NCBI GenBank assembly: GCA_905178155.1
Contig: CAJINV010000004.1
Coordinates: 10,709,655-10,773,654, forward strand
Length of the DNA stretch: 64,000 nucleotides
Source of the DNA: Amoebophrya sp. A120
Taxonomy: Eukaryota; Protista; Dinoflagellata
Reading direction: 5' to 3'
Shown here piece by piece: positions 11,701 to 25,300 of the stretch. Position numbers and translations under genes: made by a program. Every line of letters begins with the position of its first letter. The first letter of the stretch is position 1. The notes under the pieces are model-generated. The model saw only the letters and a program-made list of their open reading frames with translations. It ran no database searches and was not told where the DNA came from.

Positions 11701-12947
11701 AATCAGATTTGTCTTGCTGGCGAGGACTGCAGGCCCTTATCAAGCCTGAGGAGACAGGTTTTGGCCTAGGCGCTTAGCATGACAGACGTCTACGCTGTAG
11801 GAGCAAGAGCATGACAAACCGCATGTAGAATGCGGCGGAGCCTGTGGGGTTGCCTTCACGCAACACAGAGACCATTCGTGGTCACAAATCAGCAACACAA
11901 ACAACGGAATAGCCAAGCGCGAAGAGTTTTTTAAAAAAAAAATCAGCAACACAAACATGCCTTTTCAATATGGGGAGGGTGAGTTTTTCCCTTCAATATC
12001 CGCGCGCCCACATCCATACATGAACGACCTCCGCTCCTGGCTGAATGGTAATGGCCGCGAGGTGTTACAGGTCAACTTCCCCCCAGTCGTGTTTTCGGAC
12101 GAGCTGGACTTCTGCACGCCGGATCGTAAACACTCGTTTTTCGGGTGTCCGGATTGGAAAGGCACGGAGATCCGGTACGCCATGCTGCAGCCAACGGAGA
12201 AAAAGAAATCCGATCGCGACAACTCCTTCTCCGGGGTGGTTCCTCCGCAGCTGCAGTATGCATTGCACATATGTCGTGGTCTGGAAAGTTGTCAAGCTCA
12301 AGCCAACACTGGAATGACGGACTGAAAATGATTGTAGCACGCGGTCAAACGTGCCAGTGAAGAATTTTCCAGTGCGTGACACATTTGAGAAACAGTGTCT
12401 TTGCATGACAAAGGGAAAGGACTAGCGTTTTTCCCCAACACGCATCACAGACAGCAGGAGCACTATGGGACCTCAGCACGCAGAGGACCCAGAGATGTTT
12501 GTAATTAGCAATGCATATGCAGCCTGGATCAACGACGAACAGCAAGCTCAAGTCGTGGTTTTCCTGGGGCGGTTTCTTCAGCAACAAGGACGGGGCACAA
12601 AGCTCCTTCGTACAAGGGGGAGCTGCGCGCACCTACACAGAGGAGGACGCGCCTGGGTTATCGTTATTTCGCCGGTTCGGACACGCCGCCATAAAGGACG
12701 CATATCTGACAAAAGAATTGGTTTGGTCTGACATAAAGCACATATCAGTTTGGTCTATACCCGCACTCACGCTGATGACCTCCAGGCTTTTCGTGGTTTG
12801 TGGCAGATGGGAGACAAATACTCCGAAGCGCGGTGGTGTTGTGAAACAAGCAGCAACTCCGCCGACACTTCGCTCGCTCCTTTTTGGTCTAAAATAGACC
12901 GACCCTTTTGGCCGCGTCTGTTTGCACCGCGAACCGCCTTTATGTAG
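8778..12947 (+). CDS. Hypothetical protein, possibly secreted or membrane-anchored, multi-exon with introner introns (gene 2)
   Basis: Removing elements 8821-9351, 9461-9773, 10135-10357, 10966-11267, 11299-11531, 11634-11998 (repeat TCCGC) and 12257-12517 (repeat TGCAG), each with one 5-bp flank, yields a continuous frame (MDRVTLIHL...FYGGFLLTLVLRAATLAGC...WTRHYWKQQ...SARPHPYMNDLRSW...QPGSTTNSKLKSW). Start codon and last exon are uncertain; no family recognised. Confidence 0.65.
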
Positions 12948-15900
12948 TATATTCATGGAAAAAAATTATTGGACCTGAGAACACTCGCACACACGTGCAC
13001 CTGTCTGCCCCACTGAGCTCAATAGCAACCGCTTCGATTTCGTTGCAAATAGGCGAGCAAGTGCCGCGCGCCTCTTGCTGCGTCGCATCCTGTAGGCCCA
13101 CTCGATTTCTGCTCGCTGTCACCATTTACCATTCCGCCCCACGACCCAGCTGCCAACGTTCCCCATTATGACGGAGGTCATGGTTGGCAGTATTTTCATG
13201 GCCGGGCCCGTGGGTGCAGAAGCTGGCAAACCGTGGGGGGGCCAGGAATAGCGCAGGCCCGAGAAGGCCTGCTTCCAGTTTCGTCACCCTTTGCTCGTGA
13301 GTTCCCTAGGTTATCGCCCCCAACCTGGGTCGCGAAGTTCCTTCAGGATCGGGGCTGGCTCTGACTTTCCTCCTGATCTTGCACGGTGGGGCCTTCAACG
13401 CTGCCGGGCCTGGCTGCCTCTCTCCGTCCTTTGTTGAGCGGCGGCGCGGGGCGGGCGACGGTTGGGGCGGTCTTGTTACGTGTGTGGGGCCGATTACCAT
13501 GACCGACTGCAGTAGCTAGAGTGCCCTCGCTCGCATTGTTCGCCCTTCCGGTGACTTACAGGGCCGCGCATCTCACAGAATTGCTATCCTACAAAGCATG
13601 TAGAAGATCAAGAGCTGGGCCGCACTAAGCAAAGGGCGGCCCCTTGGTGGCCGGCCCCCTAGGAACCTGGAGAGGAACGGGGGCATGCAGAGTAGAGCAG
13701 CCGCGCGCCCGCAGAATGCATGGTGGCGATGGTGTCGGGGCGCGGCAGCGGCTGCGATTTTGCCGGGGCGGGCGCGGCCGCGTTTGGGCGCGTCGCGTTT
13801 TGCCGCCTTCCGGATTCGCGACGGACCGCGTTTACCCGGCCCGAGCTTGACCACGACCGCCCCCGCCTCGTCTTTCTTTTATTCATATTGAGAAAGCGAG
13901 GCCCGGTGTCGATTGATATAAGGAAATGGCCCAAAAGGTCTTGTTGGCGGGGCGCGGCGTCGCAGGTTCATCAGCGAACAGTGTTGCAAGCCGTGCCTAT
14001 TCTGACGAGGCTGCTGGCAGAGTGAGAGGCATCCGCCCCCAGGGTATTGCGTGGGAACTCCGCTGGGCTTTGTCTGCGTGCCTTTTCGAAGCGCCCGGGA
14101 CTTGGCGGAGCCCAAATCCGCCCCGCGCCGACCTTCCCTCCAGGAGTCTCTCCGCCAAATGGCTCCTGCGACTATTTCTAGGGCGGCCAGAGAAAGCCCA
14201 AGCGAGCTGGCTCTGCTATCTATGCGCCACAGGTTTTTCCATGACTGTCGGGCAGCGTCGCGCATTCACGGGAAAACGCCAGAGCCCACGCGCGTGCGCA
14301 GACGGCTCCGACCCCAAGAAGCGCCGCCCCCCGGCTGTTTTTCTGCACCCGCTACCCCGCATGCCTATGCGAGCTAGACGGCGGCCCTGGTCACTTATAT
14401 TCGGCGCCTTGGGCGAAAGCGAAGGGCGCGGGCGCGCGCCCGCGCTTCAAGCAAGGTGGGTAACCTAGCATGGCCAGGTCTCTTGTTTCCCCGGGAAGAA
14501 GGGTGGGGCGGCAGTTTTGCACACATGCGGCCGTGTCTTCTGCGCGAGGGCCTCCCGAGCATTTTGAAGGAACCAGGCCGGGGCCTTTTTTTTTATTTTG
14601 TTGCGCCGCGGCGCGCAACGACTGCTGCTGCCGCCGTCCCCGCTGGAGCACTCCCACTACACAGCCCCCTCCGCCCTCGGCGGCCTCCGTCGGGGGGGGG
14701 CGGTTGCAAGAATAGACGAAGGCCAAAGCCGTGCGCATGTGGCGCGGCCGCCCCCGTTTGACGGCTTAGTGCGCGCCCCGCTAGTTCCGCGCGTATAATG
14801 CCGCCCGTGCAGCGCCCCCACGCTGGCCCAGCTATGTGGAAGGGGCTTGGAGGCTGACAGAGCTGGCGCGCGCAGCACACAGAAGGCGGGCTCGGCCGCA
14901 TTTGCTAGTATAATGCATGCCGGGGCGACCGCGGCTCTTCCCGGTCCGGCGCGCGGCGGTGGCAGAGGCGATAACACCAACCGGGTCTGTTAGGCTATAG
15001 TAACAAACGAGGGGCCAGGGGCGCCCTGCTTGCTGGCCGCCGAACTGCAAATAATGAAGCCAGGCCCGAATGCCTGCTGCCGCGCGGCCCCCCCCCCGCT
15101 AGTAAAAAATGGCGGAGCGCTTTCCGCAGCCTAGAGTCGGCGGGCCGTAGCGATTTAGGTGGGCGGGGCGGTGGCCTGGAGTTGTGTAGACGCGCCCCCG
15201 ACCGTGCCGCACCGGATCGCGACAGACAGACCGTCCGCGGTCCAAGCGCAGGGGCCCTTTTTATTTGTGGGCGCTGCGTATTTGGCAGTAGCCGTGGAGA
15301 CATTACCTCCGACCGCCTTTTGCAGTTGGACTGGGTCGAGCGTGGTCGCACCTGGTTCGGGCCCCTGTCCGCTTGCATGCGCGACGCCAGGCAGCCTGGT
15401 TCGGGCCCCTGTCCTAATGCGCGACGCCAGGCAGCTGGCGCCGCGGGGGGCGGCAGCTTCCGCCACTTCAGCCGGCGCTGCAAGCGAGGCGCCTCACCTA
15501 GCTTAGCCTGCGGCGGGTGGCGCAGGTCAAGGCACATGGCGACGAGGCGCACGCGCGTGCGGTTGTTTCTTTAGAGCCTTGAAAGCGTGCGCCGCATGCT
15601 CTGATGTGTGAAACTGGTCGCAGCGCAGCCCGGGCGCTTTGTGGTGGGCTTTGTGTATGTGTGGGAGGATCGAATGGCCGGCGGGCGCCATCGTGCGCGC
15701 ACCCCATCGGAAGGCCCGGAGGCGCTGGAGCGTTTGTGCGAAGTTCGCCAGCAGAGCGAGAAGATATCAGGCGAAGGCCTCCTGGGCGGGTCTCGCTGTT
15801 GGAAGACGACTATCTATTGCCCAGGGCCAAGGGTGTCGACACCTTTCTCAACGCGAAGCGGAACGGCACTAAAACTAAGTCAGGCACAAGGCTTGAATCC

Positions 15901-17198
15901 GCTTTCCGTTTCCGGGGCTGTTGCCGCCTGTCTGTGTGTGGATGCTTTTTGCCCTGCCCCCGCGCGCGGACCTCGCGCGCCCCTCTGCAGCCGGTAGCGG
16001 GGGCGCGGGGGTTAGCTAAATCGCGCCGCTGCCCGGGAATGGAAAAGCGATGGCCAAAAGCTTCTGGTCGTCACGCTTTAGGTTGGGCAAAGTGGTGGTC
16101 GCGAGCTCGTGGAGGACGCACGTGCAGGATTTTCGTTCCCCACAGTGCCACAGCGAGTGAGGCACTTCCTAGGCCTACAGCGTTGCTGCTGCGGTGCTGC
16201 AGCTTTGTTAAAGGGCGTTGCTTGAGAGAACCCCTTAAAGAAAGCTTCTGAAGAGAGCCTCTTAAGCGGTGCCGCCTAGGCAGTACAATAATAAGCCGCC
16301 GCCGACTCATTTCTGAAGAGTTATGATTGTTCAGCTTTTTTATTTTTTTTACATTGCAATACCGATAGATCAACAGCAAGCCCACCGGGCCCCCGGAGGG
16401 CCCGCGCCCGGGCTCGTGTTGTTATATTTTTCTGTCGTGTTGCGTACTTGATCAGCCCCCGCCAGGCAGTTGGAAGGTGCTGCCCTCTTGCCGGTTCGTT
16501 GATTGGGGTAGGCTGGTCAACCAAATCGAGCAAGGAGGCCCCTCACGTGAGGCGCCTTAGCTTCGGAGGTCCGTGCTTCTCCTTCTTGTTTTCCTTTTCT
16601 CCTGTTCGGGCCCTTCGAAAACGCCGCGCCATTTTTTCTTTGGTAAGTGAGGAAAGAAGGTCTTCGAGTCGCCGTGAGAAGTGAGCCACGTTGAGAATTC
16701 GGCGCAGTTGTTCCGGAATGAAAAGCGGGCGCTGCTTCGCAAACAAGGCCGGGCTTGCTCCCTGTTCCTTTTGCTGAGTAGTTGGTCTTCTCGTTATTTT
16801 CGCTTTGCCCAGTGTGAAGCGACGTGGTTACAGAAGTAGCCCTACTTTGGAAAGGTTCGTTTCTTCTTGTGATATTGCTTGGAACTCCCAACAACAACCG
16901 GGGTAGCTCGGGCGCATTCTCGTTCAGGCTGAGCTTTGGCCACTAGCTAAAGGTCGGGGCCTACCCCTGGTGGCCTCGCGGCATGCGGCGAAAGAAGGTC
17001 TTTGCTCTGACAGCAGGCGGGGCGCGCCTTCGCGGCGCAGTATCCCCAGAGTGCCCAGTCTAAAGAATAAGCGCGGCGCGCTGCAGTTTTTTGGTGTTGC
17101 CCCTGCTCTGGCGGCTGCACTTTTTTGGCATGGGCGCGCGAGCGTCTGCAGCAGCGAGGGCCGCCCGGGTTTTTTACGCCTGAATCAGTGTCCATCTT

Positions 17199-17585
17199 AT
17201 GGGCGTGGTTATGTATATAGCAGATGTTGCCGCGGGGCGGGAGAGCGTGGACCCCTCCCTCGACATTGACCCGGGAGCCCAGGTTCCGCTCCGTGCTGAG
17301 AGGGATGAGGCCGGGTTCGCCGACCTGGTTCAGCTGGTGAATACGGACAAGGGAGCGAAGCGTGAACTTGCTGCCATGGAATTGCTCAAGAAGATAATCG
17401 CAGACGCCGGAGCCGCGACTCCTGAGCTCGCGGACGTCCTCACCCGCACGAAGACGTTGTTTTCCGATCTCGTCGTCGATGGGAAGCAACTAGATAAAGG
17501 TATAGGCATTGTATTTAGAGTGTTAAGCACTTCGGCCAGCGCTGATTTCGTACCTTTAGAGGGACTCCTCGCCAGGAAAGTATAG
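17199..17585 (+). pseudogene. Isolated protein-like ORF fragment (128 aa), probably part of a decayed gene
   Basis: Helical, protein-like composition unlike the surrounding GC-rich shadow ORFs; no motif recognised. Confidence 0.3.
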
Positions 17586-20500
17586 CAAGCAGCGCTAGCG
17601 CGTTCGCCGTACGAGTACGACGTGTGAATTTAGTGATGCCGCGGGCGTTCTAGTCGTAGTCCGGCGGCTTGTTTGCCATTTCGCGTGAAAAGCGCCGGGA
17701 AGTTTTTAGGCTTGCAGAGCCGGAGGCGTTTTGGCAGATCAAAAAACAAGCTCAAGCAAATTAATTACAAACGGCAGGGGGCATTGCAAGCGGCAGGAGC
17801 ATCCGCCATCGCCGTGGGGGATGCGCCCTCGTCCGGGGGGAGCCGCCCTCGCCCCGGCGGATCCACCTTCGCCCGCCCCAAGCGATCCACCCGCGCCCCG
17901 GGGGATCCGCCTTCGCCCGGGGGAACCCGCGCTCGCCCGCCCTTCGGGGGTTCCACTCGCCCACAGTGGGGCCCGCCCATCGGGGGCCAGGCGTGCGACT
18001 AGGATGGAAGGCGGCGCGAAATGTGCGCAAGCGTGCCGCGGTGCCATCGAAGGAAGCCCGTCGGGGGTGGCCAAAAGTGGGCCAGGGGCTTCAGCCGGCG
18101 GCGTGGAAATCCTCGGCAGAATCCTCTTCCAAATCCCCTCCCCACCCAAATCGGGGCCCGGCCACCGGGGGAGGCCCGGCCGTCGCCGGCCCGGGCGCGG
18201 CCCGAAATGGGCCAGGGGATTCCGCAGAGGATGTGGAACCCCCAGTGGAATTCGCAGCAGAATCCTCCGCCCAAATCGCGGGCACGCCGGGGGGGGAAGG
18301 GCGTCGGAAGCGGTCCAAATTGGGCCAAAGGACTCCCCCGGGGATATCGGAATTCTCTGGGGAATCCCGTTCAGAATCCTGGGCCCAAATCGAGGCCCTA
18401 CCGCCGTGAAAAGGGCGCCCGCGCGCCGGAAGCGGCCCAGACTGGGCCGAAGGCAGGGAGGATCTTGGAGTCCCCGGACGCCTCCTCTAGGCGGGAAGCC
18501 CTCTCCTCAAATCGGGGGCATGCCACCGGGGAAAGGACGAGGCCAGGCGGCCCAAATTGGGCCAGGCAGAGGACACGCCCGAGCCGAAGCAGATTTTGGA
18601 GGCCTCCGGCGAGTCCTCTGAAGCGTCCTCGCCTCCCCAGCGGGGCTTTGCCGCCGGGGAAAGGGCGTCCGAGGTGGGCCGAACTGGGCTAGGGAACGGA
18701 GCCGCCAGAAGCTTTGCGGAGCCCTCTCGTTCGCCCCCGCGGAGATTCTCCCCCAAATCGAGGCCACACCGCCGGGCCGGGCTCGCATGCAAGACAGGGG
18801 CGCGCCAGTTCAACGACAGGGCGGGCGCCGGCGTCGTGTGTGCAGGCTTGCCGGGGCCATTTTTAGTTTGGCCGCAATCCGCGGGCAATTGTTGTGATTT
18901 GGGTACGCCAGCGCAGACGCAGCGCGGCTGCGCACACAAGCCCCGCCGGGTTCCAATCGCCTGCTGCTTTTCCAGTTGCGCTGCAACTCGCCTCCCCACG
19001 GGCCGATCCGGGCCGGAGCAGGCTTTCCGGGAAACCTGCGGCGCGGGCAGAGTCCGCCGGTTTTTAGGTCTTTCCGCGGCACGTACGCAAATCCCCCCGA
19101 GCCGCGCACCTCTCCCCCCCCCGCCGGGCGGCTGGAGCACCCACGCGGCGTATAAACGGCCCCAGTTCTTGCGTAGGTGATTTGCGGCGGGCCCGGGCTC
19201 CGTCGGCTCAGTACAGTTTTACCCTCGTCCTACCTCTGTTCGATCATGTTGAAAGAAACTCGTCATGGTCTTCAAAGTATGTTGGCCATAGCAGATGCGT
19301 TGCTCCAATCAATGTGGTGAATGGGTGGGCCGCCGCCGCGCCTAGCTTTGTGTAGTGAAGAAGCTGCCCGCCCGTTACTAGGCATCTCTATCACTATCGC
19401 GAAATGCAAACTGTGCCTAACTTGAGTGAGGCGACGTTCATGCGCAACACCCTAAGTGTAGCTCCCGAGCCCGCCAGTCGCTTTGCTGGTGGAAATTCAA
19501 ATTTGTGACGCGGCAGCGGCGCTTTACTTTTTCGTGCATGGTAGGAGTCGTTCTTGTGCGACAGTGTTTATTGTCTCCGCCTGGGAACAAGAAGGGCGTT
19601 CTCCGATGTGATTGAACTGCTTGAACTACGAACGGTTTGATGTAGGTTTTCTATAGGCGCTTCCTTTATATTCCTCACAAAGTCCGTCACGGGCTTACCC
19701 TTCAGGAGTTGGAAGACATAGTAGGGGCGGAGAAAGTGCCAAAATTCAACCCACGCGGCATCTAGCCAAAGCCAGATGAAAAGTCGCCACGTTCGCCGTG
19801 CTTTTCGGCTTAGGGTTTGGGGTTTGGTTCGTGGCTGAGAGCCAGCGGAGCGCCGTCGAAAGCCATGACTCGGATCGACTCCAGAGCCCCTGACCGGCTC
19901 TGGAGTGGGTCGCCCCGGGAGAAGTTAGCCAGGCTTTTGCATTAGCCTGGCACGTGAGGCCCCGCGCCCTGTCGTGTTCGGCTGTCGGAAAACGGTGGCA
20001 ATGCTAAAAAAAGCCAGAACGCCGGAGGGTTGCATTTTGCCCATTCTCCGTCCATAAACAGAAGCAAAGATTTCAAGTAGAACCGGCGCAGCACCGACAG
20101 CAGGTATCTCGAGTGTTAATTTTTCAATAGCCCCGGCAATCGGCTAAATAAGATTAACGACGCGCACTATGCCTTTCTCTCGTGGCAAATTGACCAGATG
20201 AGGGTGGAAGTGATTTGTTATGTGCGAAGAAATCCTGCAGCAACAACTACATGCAGTCGCAAAGCATCCGCACGAGGCTCCTCGAAGAGCTTCGCCCGCT
20301 TGTCGTGACAACGCAAACATGCATGCGCTTATCGTGACAACGCATGCGCTAGCGCTTATCGTTTGTACTGCGCGCTCGAGTAGGAAGCGTGTTGCTCGCG
20401 GGATGACGGTCGGTAGCGTCTGCAGAAAAGGGTGAGGACCCTCTTCAACTTTGACTAGAGTCATGTCTAGTAGCAGGAGCAGCAGCGCTCGGCTGCGCGC

Positions 20501-21647
20501 ACGTCTAAGGGTGGGGGAAAACGGCTTCATTAAAGTCGCCGCAGATTCGTGCGCGCAGTGATGGGATTGCTGGGCGAAGCACAGCTGGTTGCGTGTCGGG
20601 TGCTGCTCGACACTGTGCTGCGCGGCTAAGGTTTAAGAAGGCAATAGGGTCAGCAAGTATATGCAGAGAAAAATAGCGCGACTGCAAAAATAGGGTGAAA
20701 GGATCGCCACTACTGGGAGTTCCGCCGAAGTGTAACTCGCTTCGCGCTCGGATTCGCGCGCGAAAAAGTGCAACACCTGCAACGTGGGGAGGGAGACTCC
20801 CTCCGACCCTCCCCGGCTCCATTTCGCGCCGCTGTGACCGGATGACACATTGCACGACCTTCGTCCTGGGGGAGGGTGGGAGATGCTCTGATCCCCTTTG
20901 TCCGTCATCCAGCGCGCATGCTTGTTTGCGGGCGAGAAGGTGTCCAAGGTGGAGCCTGCATGAGCAGAATCTCTCGCTGCAAACACCTCCGCTCCCCTAG
21001 CGCGTGCCTTCATGGTGGCAGAACATCCTGCACGATTACCATGTGGAGAGAGGCAACGCCTCCTCGCGCACTCGGCTGCCCTTGTGAAGCGAGAACAGGG
21101 ATCGCGTTTGCTGCGCGGAGGACTATGACGGGGTAGGGACGTCTAGCACGTTTATCCTAAAAGGGGAAATACTTCCCGACCTCCGCGGGCCTTCACTACT
21201 TCCCGACCTCTGGGCAACCGGGGGAAGGATATCCTAGTAGGATATTGGGAAAGTATTAAGGGAATAGGAAGGCATTGGCAGGGAGTGTAATGGTTGCACT
21301 CCTTCCGTGTACACCATCCGTGGTTGCGATCATCGCCTTCGCTGTTCGGTTGGTCGCGTTGTCCCCGGGCGCGCGATCAGCCGAGGTAGTAAAACCCAGT
21401 GGAGTTTCCAAGAGGAAGTGGCACGCGATCGCGGAGATCCTAGTGGCCCCCTACTCCTGCCGGAGCCCCCGCCCAACGTCTTGCGATGGGTCATGACGAT
21501 TATGGGTTTGTGACTGATTATGGGTTTGTGACTGAAAGTGGTTCCGTGGCTGAATGACTATCCGCCACGTCTTGTGATGAGTCATAATTCCACGACTGGC
21601 TTTGTGACTGATTATGAATCTTTTGCGAATTTATGAAAATGCACGAC

Positions 21648-22309
21648 ATGAGACAAATTAGGTACCTACTTACTTGATTAACTCAATTAAGATTCAAAAG
21701 CCAGCTTTCGTATTTTGAAAGAGGCCGGTATAGCCTCAAAAAGGTGATGCAGAAACGACGCCCATTCCAGCACCGCGACGCGGCGGCGCAGGTTGCCTCT
21801 TTTTGGAATGTGTTTTGGTGATCTAAAATAGGCTCCAGTGTGAACTAGCTAGATCTGGAGTAAGGCAGGAGGGCGGCTGTGGACCGCTATGATGGGGGTG
21901 GCGCTTTGCCATCGCAGAACCGCGGCTGGAAGCGGCATTTGGCGACTTCTTCTGGCTGACGTAATGCTGCCGGGGCCCCGTCTGCGGGGCCCCGGCAGCA
22001 TTACGTCAGCCACAAGGCACCAAATGTATGCGGGCAATCCAACGGCGGTAGCAGTGGGCAAACCTGGCAGGCTTCCGCGGAGCCATAGGGGGTCTCATTA
22101 ACGCACTGCCCCAACTAGTTCACGCTGGAGCCTTATCTAGTTCATCACGTTCCACGTCAAAGCTGGCCAGGATTTCCGGATTTCCAGGCATGGCGGCGAA
22201 ACGACATTGAAAAAAGGACGCAAATCTGAATGAAAAGCAGGCTGTTTGAAGACTGAAGAGCTGGTCTTTGAGTCGTTTTTGAATTGCTTAGTCAAGTAAT
22301 TTGTCTCAT
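21648..22309. repeat. ~660-bp degenerate palindrome (foldback) with a perfect 28-bp central stem
   Basis: 21953-21980 is the exact reverse complement of 21985-22012. Symmetric arms: 21830-21848 with 22114-22132, and ATGAGACAAATTA (21648) with TAATTTGTCTCAT (ending 22309). Confidence 0.85.
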
Positions 22310-25300
22310 ACACGAGCTGAGCTCTTCGAACTTTTCAAATTGTTCGGGCTGAACGCTTCGAACTCTGTGGACTGGGACCCCAAAGGATTTTTTGGGGCCT
22401 TGAACTTTTGACGCCATGCCCGGGCATGGCAAGAAACAAAGACGGCCCTTCAAGATCTAACTTCGGAGATATAGCTATCAGTTTCGTGTTAGTGGAGGGA
22501 CGTGGTCGCGCCTGTTTAGGGGTCTTGCGGGTCAGCATGGACGGCGGGGCCCTAAACTCGCAACGCGGGAGATTGTTTGTAAGACTCTGAAAAAGGTGAG
22601 ACGCGACGCAGAGAAAAGTAGGAACTAGAAGTAGAGTTTTGTTTAGTATGCGACTCTGCAATCCGTTATCATTTCGCTCTACTCAGTTTCTTGACAATTT
22701 CATCCTACCTGGCGCTTTTATGCATATTGAATTCGTACCAAGCGTATCAAGTTGGGCGCACCAAGTTGAAGTTGTCAGCTCGCTCTACTTAGCTCTTTAT
22801 CTTTTACGATTTTATCCCGCCTGGTGCTTTTATGCAATTGGTTTGGGTGCCAAGCGTATTAAGTTGGGCGTATCAAGTTGAAACAAAGCGCACCGCTCGC
22901 AGGAGCGCGCAACCATCGCCCTGCCCATGCTACGTACACTATCACTAGTATGTAGGAACGCGTCACGACCTTCGCAGTGTGCTGGCCATAGCAATGCGGC
23001 TCGCGTTGGGGCAGGCCCGGGCTGCGCCGCCGTGGATACCCGTTCCGCCACGGTCTTGACGACCGGCAAGACCGCGGCGGGGCTTGCCCGCTTTTTACCA
23101 CCGAAGCGCAAATGGCTTAGGGAGAGATGTTCCAATTGGCGACCGCCAAAGACCCGCTGACGCCGCGACCCGGCCGGCTCTCCGAGGGCGCCCGCGCAAA
23201 CCGGCGGTGACCGTGCAGGCCGTTGGTGAAATAGTGGCCGGAGGTTCTGACGCGTGGGTGCGGGAGTATCTACACACGTGACGCGGACGCACGCAACCGC
23301 AGCAGCGTAGCACCTTCGTAGCGAGCAGCACTTGGCGCGCTATCAGCCTCTCGCGTGGGAGTGGCGCGAGCCTGGGGCAGCTCAGCAGCCGGAAGCAAGG
23401 CATTGGATGGCGGCACTGTGTGCGATCACTCAGGGCGGTCCTCGAGTCGCTGGCAGGGTTGGAACGGAGCACCGCCAGCCGGTGCGTGGCCTCCGCTGTG
23501 AAGCAGACATGCGGGCGCTGGTGCTAGCGCCAAAAAAGATCCTGCGCGAAGCTGGCGGCCCCGGGTGTCCGGCTGGTGGGGATGTTTCGCGCCCGCACCT
23601 TGGGCGAGGGCCGCAGGCGCCCCAACCCCTTGGCAGAATGTTTGGCAGTGCCAGGGGCGCGCGCCTGTGGCGAGGCCCCTCCGACAAGGCCGCGCTGGCC
23701 ATATCTGGGCACGCGCAGACCCGCTGCCCGGCTTCAGGGAGGTGCTTTTGCTATATTTAGCGGAATATGCAAAAAAGATCCCGACCCATATGTATACGCA
23801 ACGCGCGGGCGCGCTGCTGTTTAGAATACGGGCGCCGCGCTATTGTAGCTCCGCTGTGCTTGCTCTGTTTGCTCCCTCTTGCCCCTTCTTGGTCCCCGGC
23901 CGCTCGCTGCGCGGCGAACCGGAGAGGTTTTGGGCCTTGCGGCCTCATCGGTCATTTTGATTTGAAAACACAGGCCAGCGGCTGGTCGAGTGTTGCTGAC
24001 AGTCCCGCAGACTTTTGCAAGCGTTGCCCTTTGGTGTGGTGCGCAGGTAAATCCGTTGAGCCGCGGACAAAGTAGGGGCGCCCCCCTGGCCGCGTGGTGT
24101 AATGGGTAAAGGCCACGCCGTGGTCGATGGGAGTGGGCTGCCACACTCGTCACTGGCGCACTAGTACACGGGCACGGTGTGTAATGCTGCGCGTCGGCTA
24201 CTTTGCCCGCCTGCTTACCATGATCAGCGGCCGGGATATTTTTTGCATCTGTTTTGCCGTATAGCAATGCCCCATCCATGTTGCAAGGCTGCTGGGGTGT
24301 GGTCTTCAAGGATGCAAAAAGCGGCGAAGGCATACGCCAGGCGCCTCGCCATATATATTCGACGAGCGCCGCCTCCCAGAGCGCCAGCGCTGCAGCAGCT
24401 GCGCAGCCGGGCACCTAGTTGCAGGGCCCTCCCTCCGCCGCTGTGTTCTTCCCCCGCCCCGCCTTCTTGCTGTTGTCTCTGGTGGCGGCGCTGCCGCATA
24501 GATAGGCGCGCACGTGCGTGCGGTTGTGGTCGCAGAGTTCCGGAATGGGCGCACAGCCTGCTTCCTGATCTTGCTAGCTTTTTCATGGGAAGCAAAACAA
24601 ACAAACGGCGCAAGGCCTGTTGGTTGTTTTTTTCTTTTTATTTCTATTCGCCACCAACACCCCCACAGCAAGAGCCCCCGGCGCCGGTGGTGTGCACGGA
24701 CTACAAAACGACGTTGCGCGCGGAGTACTCACTGGATCCGCGACCAAGGCCTTGGCGGCCCTAGACGGCATTGTAGAAACAGCGGAAAAGGGGGATGATG
24801 GTCGGAAAAGCGCGGCCGTTTTACGGTTGGCCACTTCGGGTGCTGCTTTGTCAGTCGTCTATGGTTTTGCGGCTGCCGTTGTTAGCATCACAGGCGAAAG
24901 CCTATCAGCCCCCTAGGGTGCCGGGCGTGTAAGATGAAGTTAGCTGGCGGGCAAGTTGCGTGCGGAAGGCATGAAAGCGGACTAGCTTGAATAATGTTGC
25001 CCCCGCCGGGCGAGTCTGGATCTGGTTACTATAGCCTGCGAACTGGTGCACTGTGACAGCTTTCAAATTTCAGCCAAAATTTAAAGCCTACGCCGCATGC
25101 GTCTACTTTTTCGGCCTCGGTTTGGGGCTTTCGCAGTAGGCATGTGCAGGCGCCCCGGATTTAGGCGCCTTCGCGACCACAGAACGCTGCTGGCTGTTTG
25201 TTGCTTGGCGCATTCATATTTGCGCACAGAATCCACATGACATGGCCATGCGCTTGCCCACCGGGCCGCGCGGAAGGAAGACACTGGCCGGCACGCGGTT

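Noticed and set aside
13300-19180. Numerous overlapping Arg/Gly/Pro-rich ORFs
   Set aside because: Expected from very high GC content and local low complexity; no domain motifs (17199-17585 kept only as a low-confidence fragment)
19150-19750. TATA-like box followed by ORF-free sequence, considered as a possible ncRNA gene
   Set aside because: No recognisable snRNA, snoRNA, tRNA or spliced-leader motif; cannot be supported without a covariance-model search
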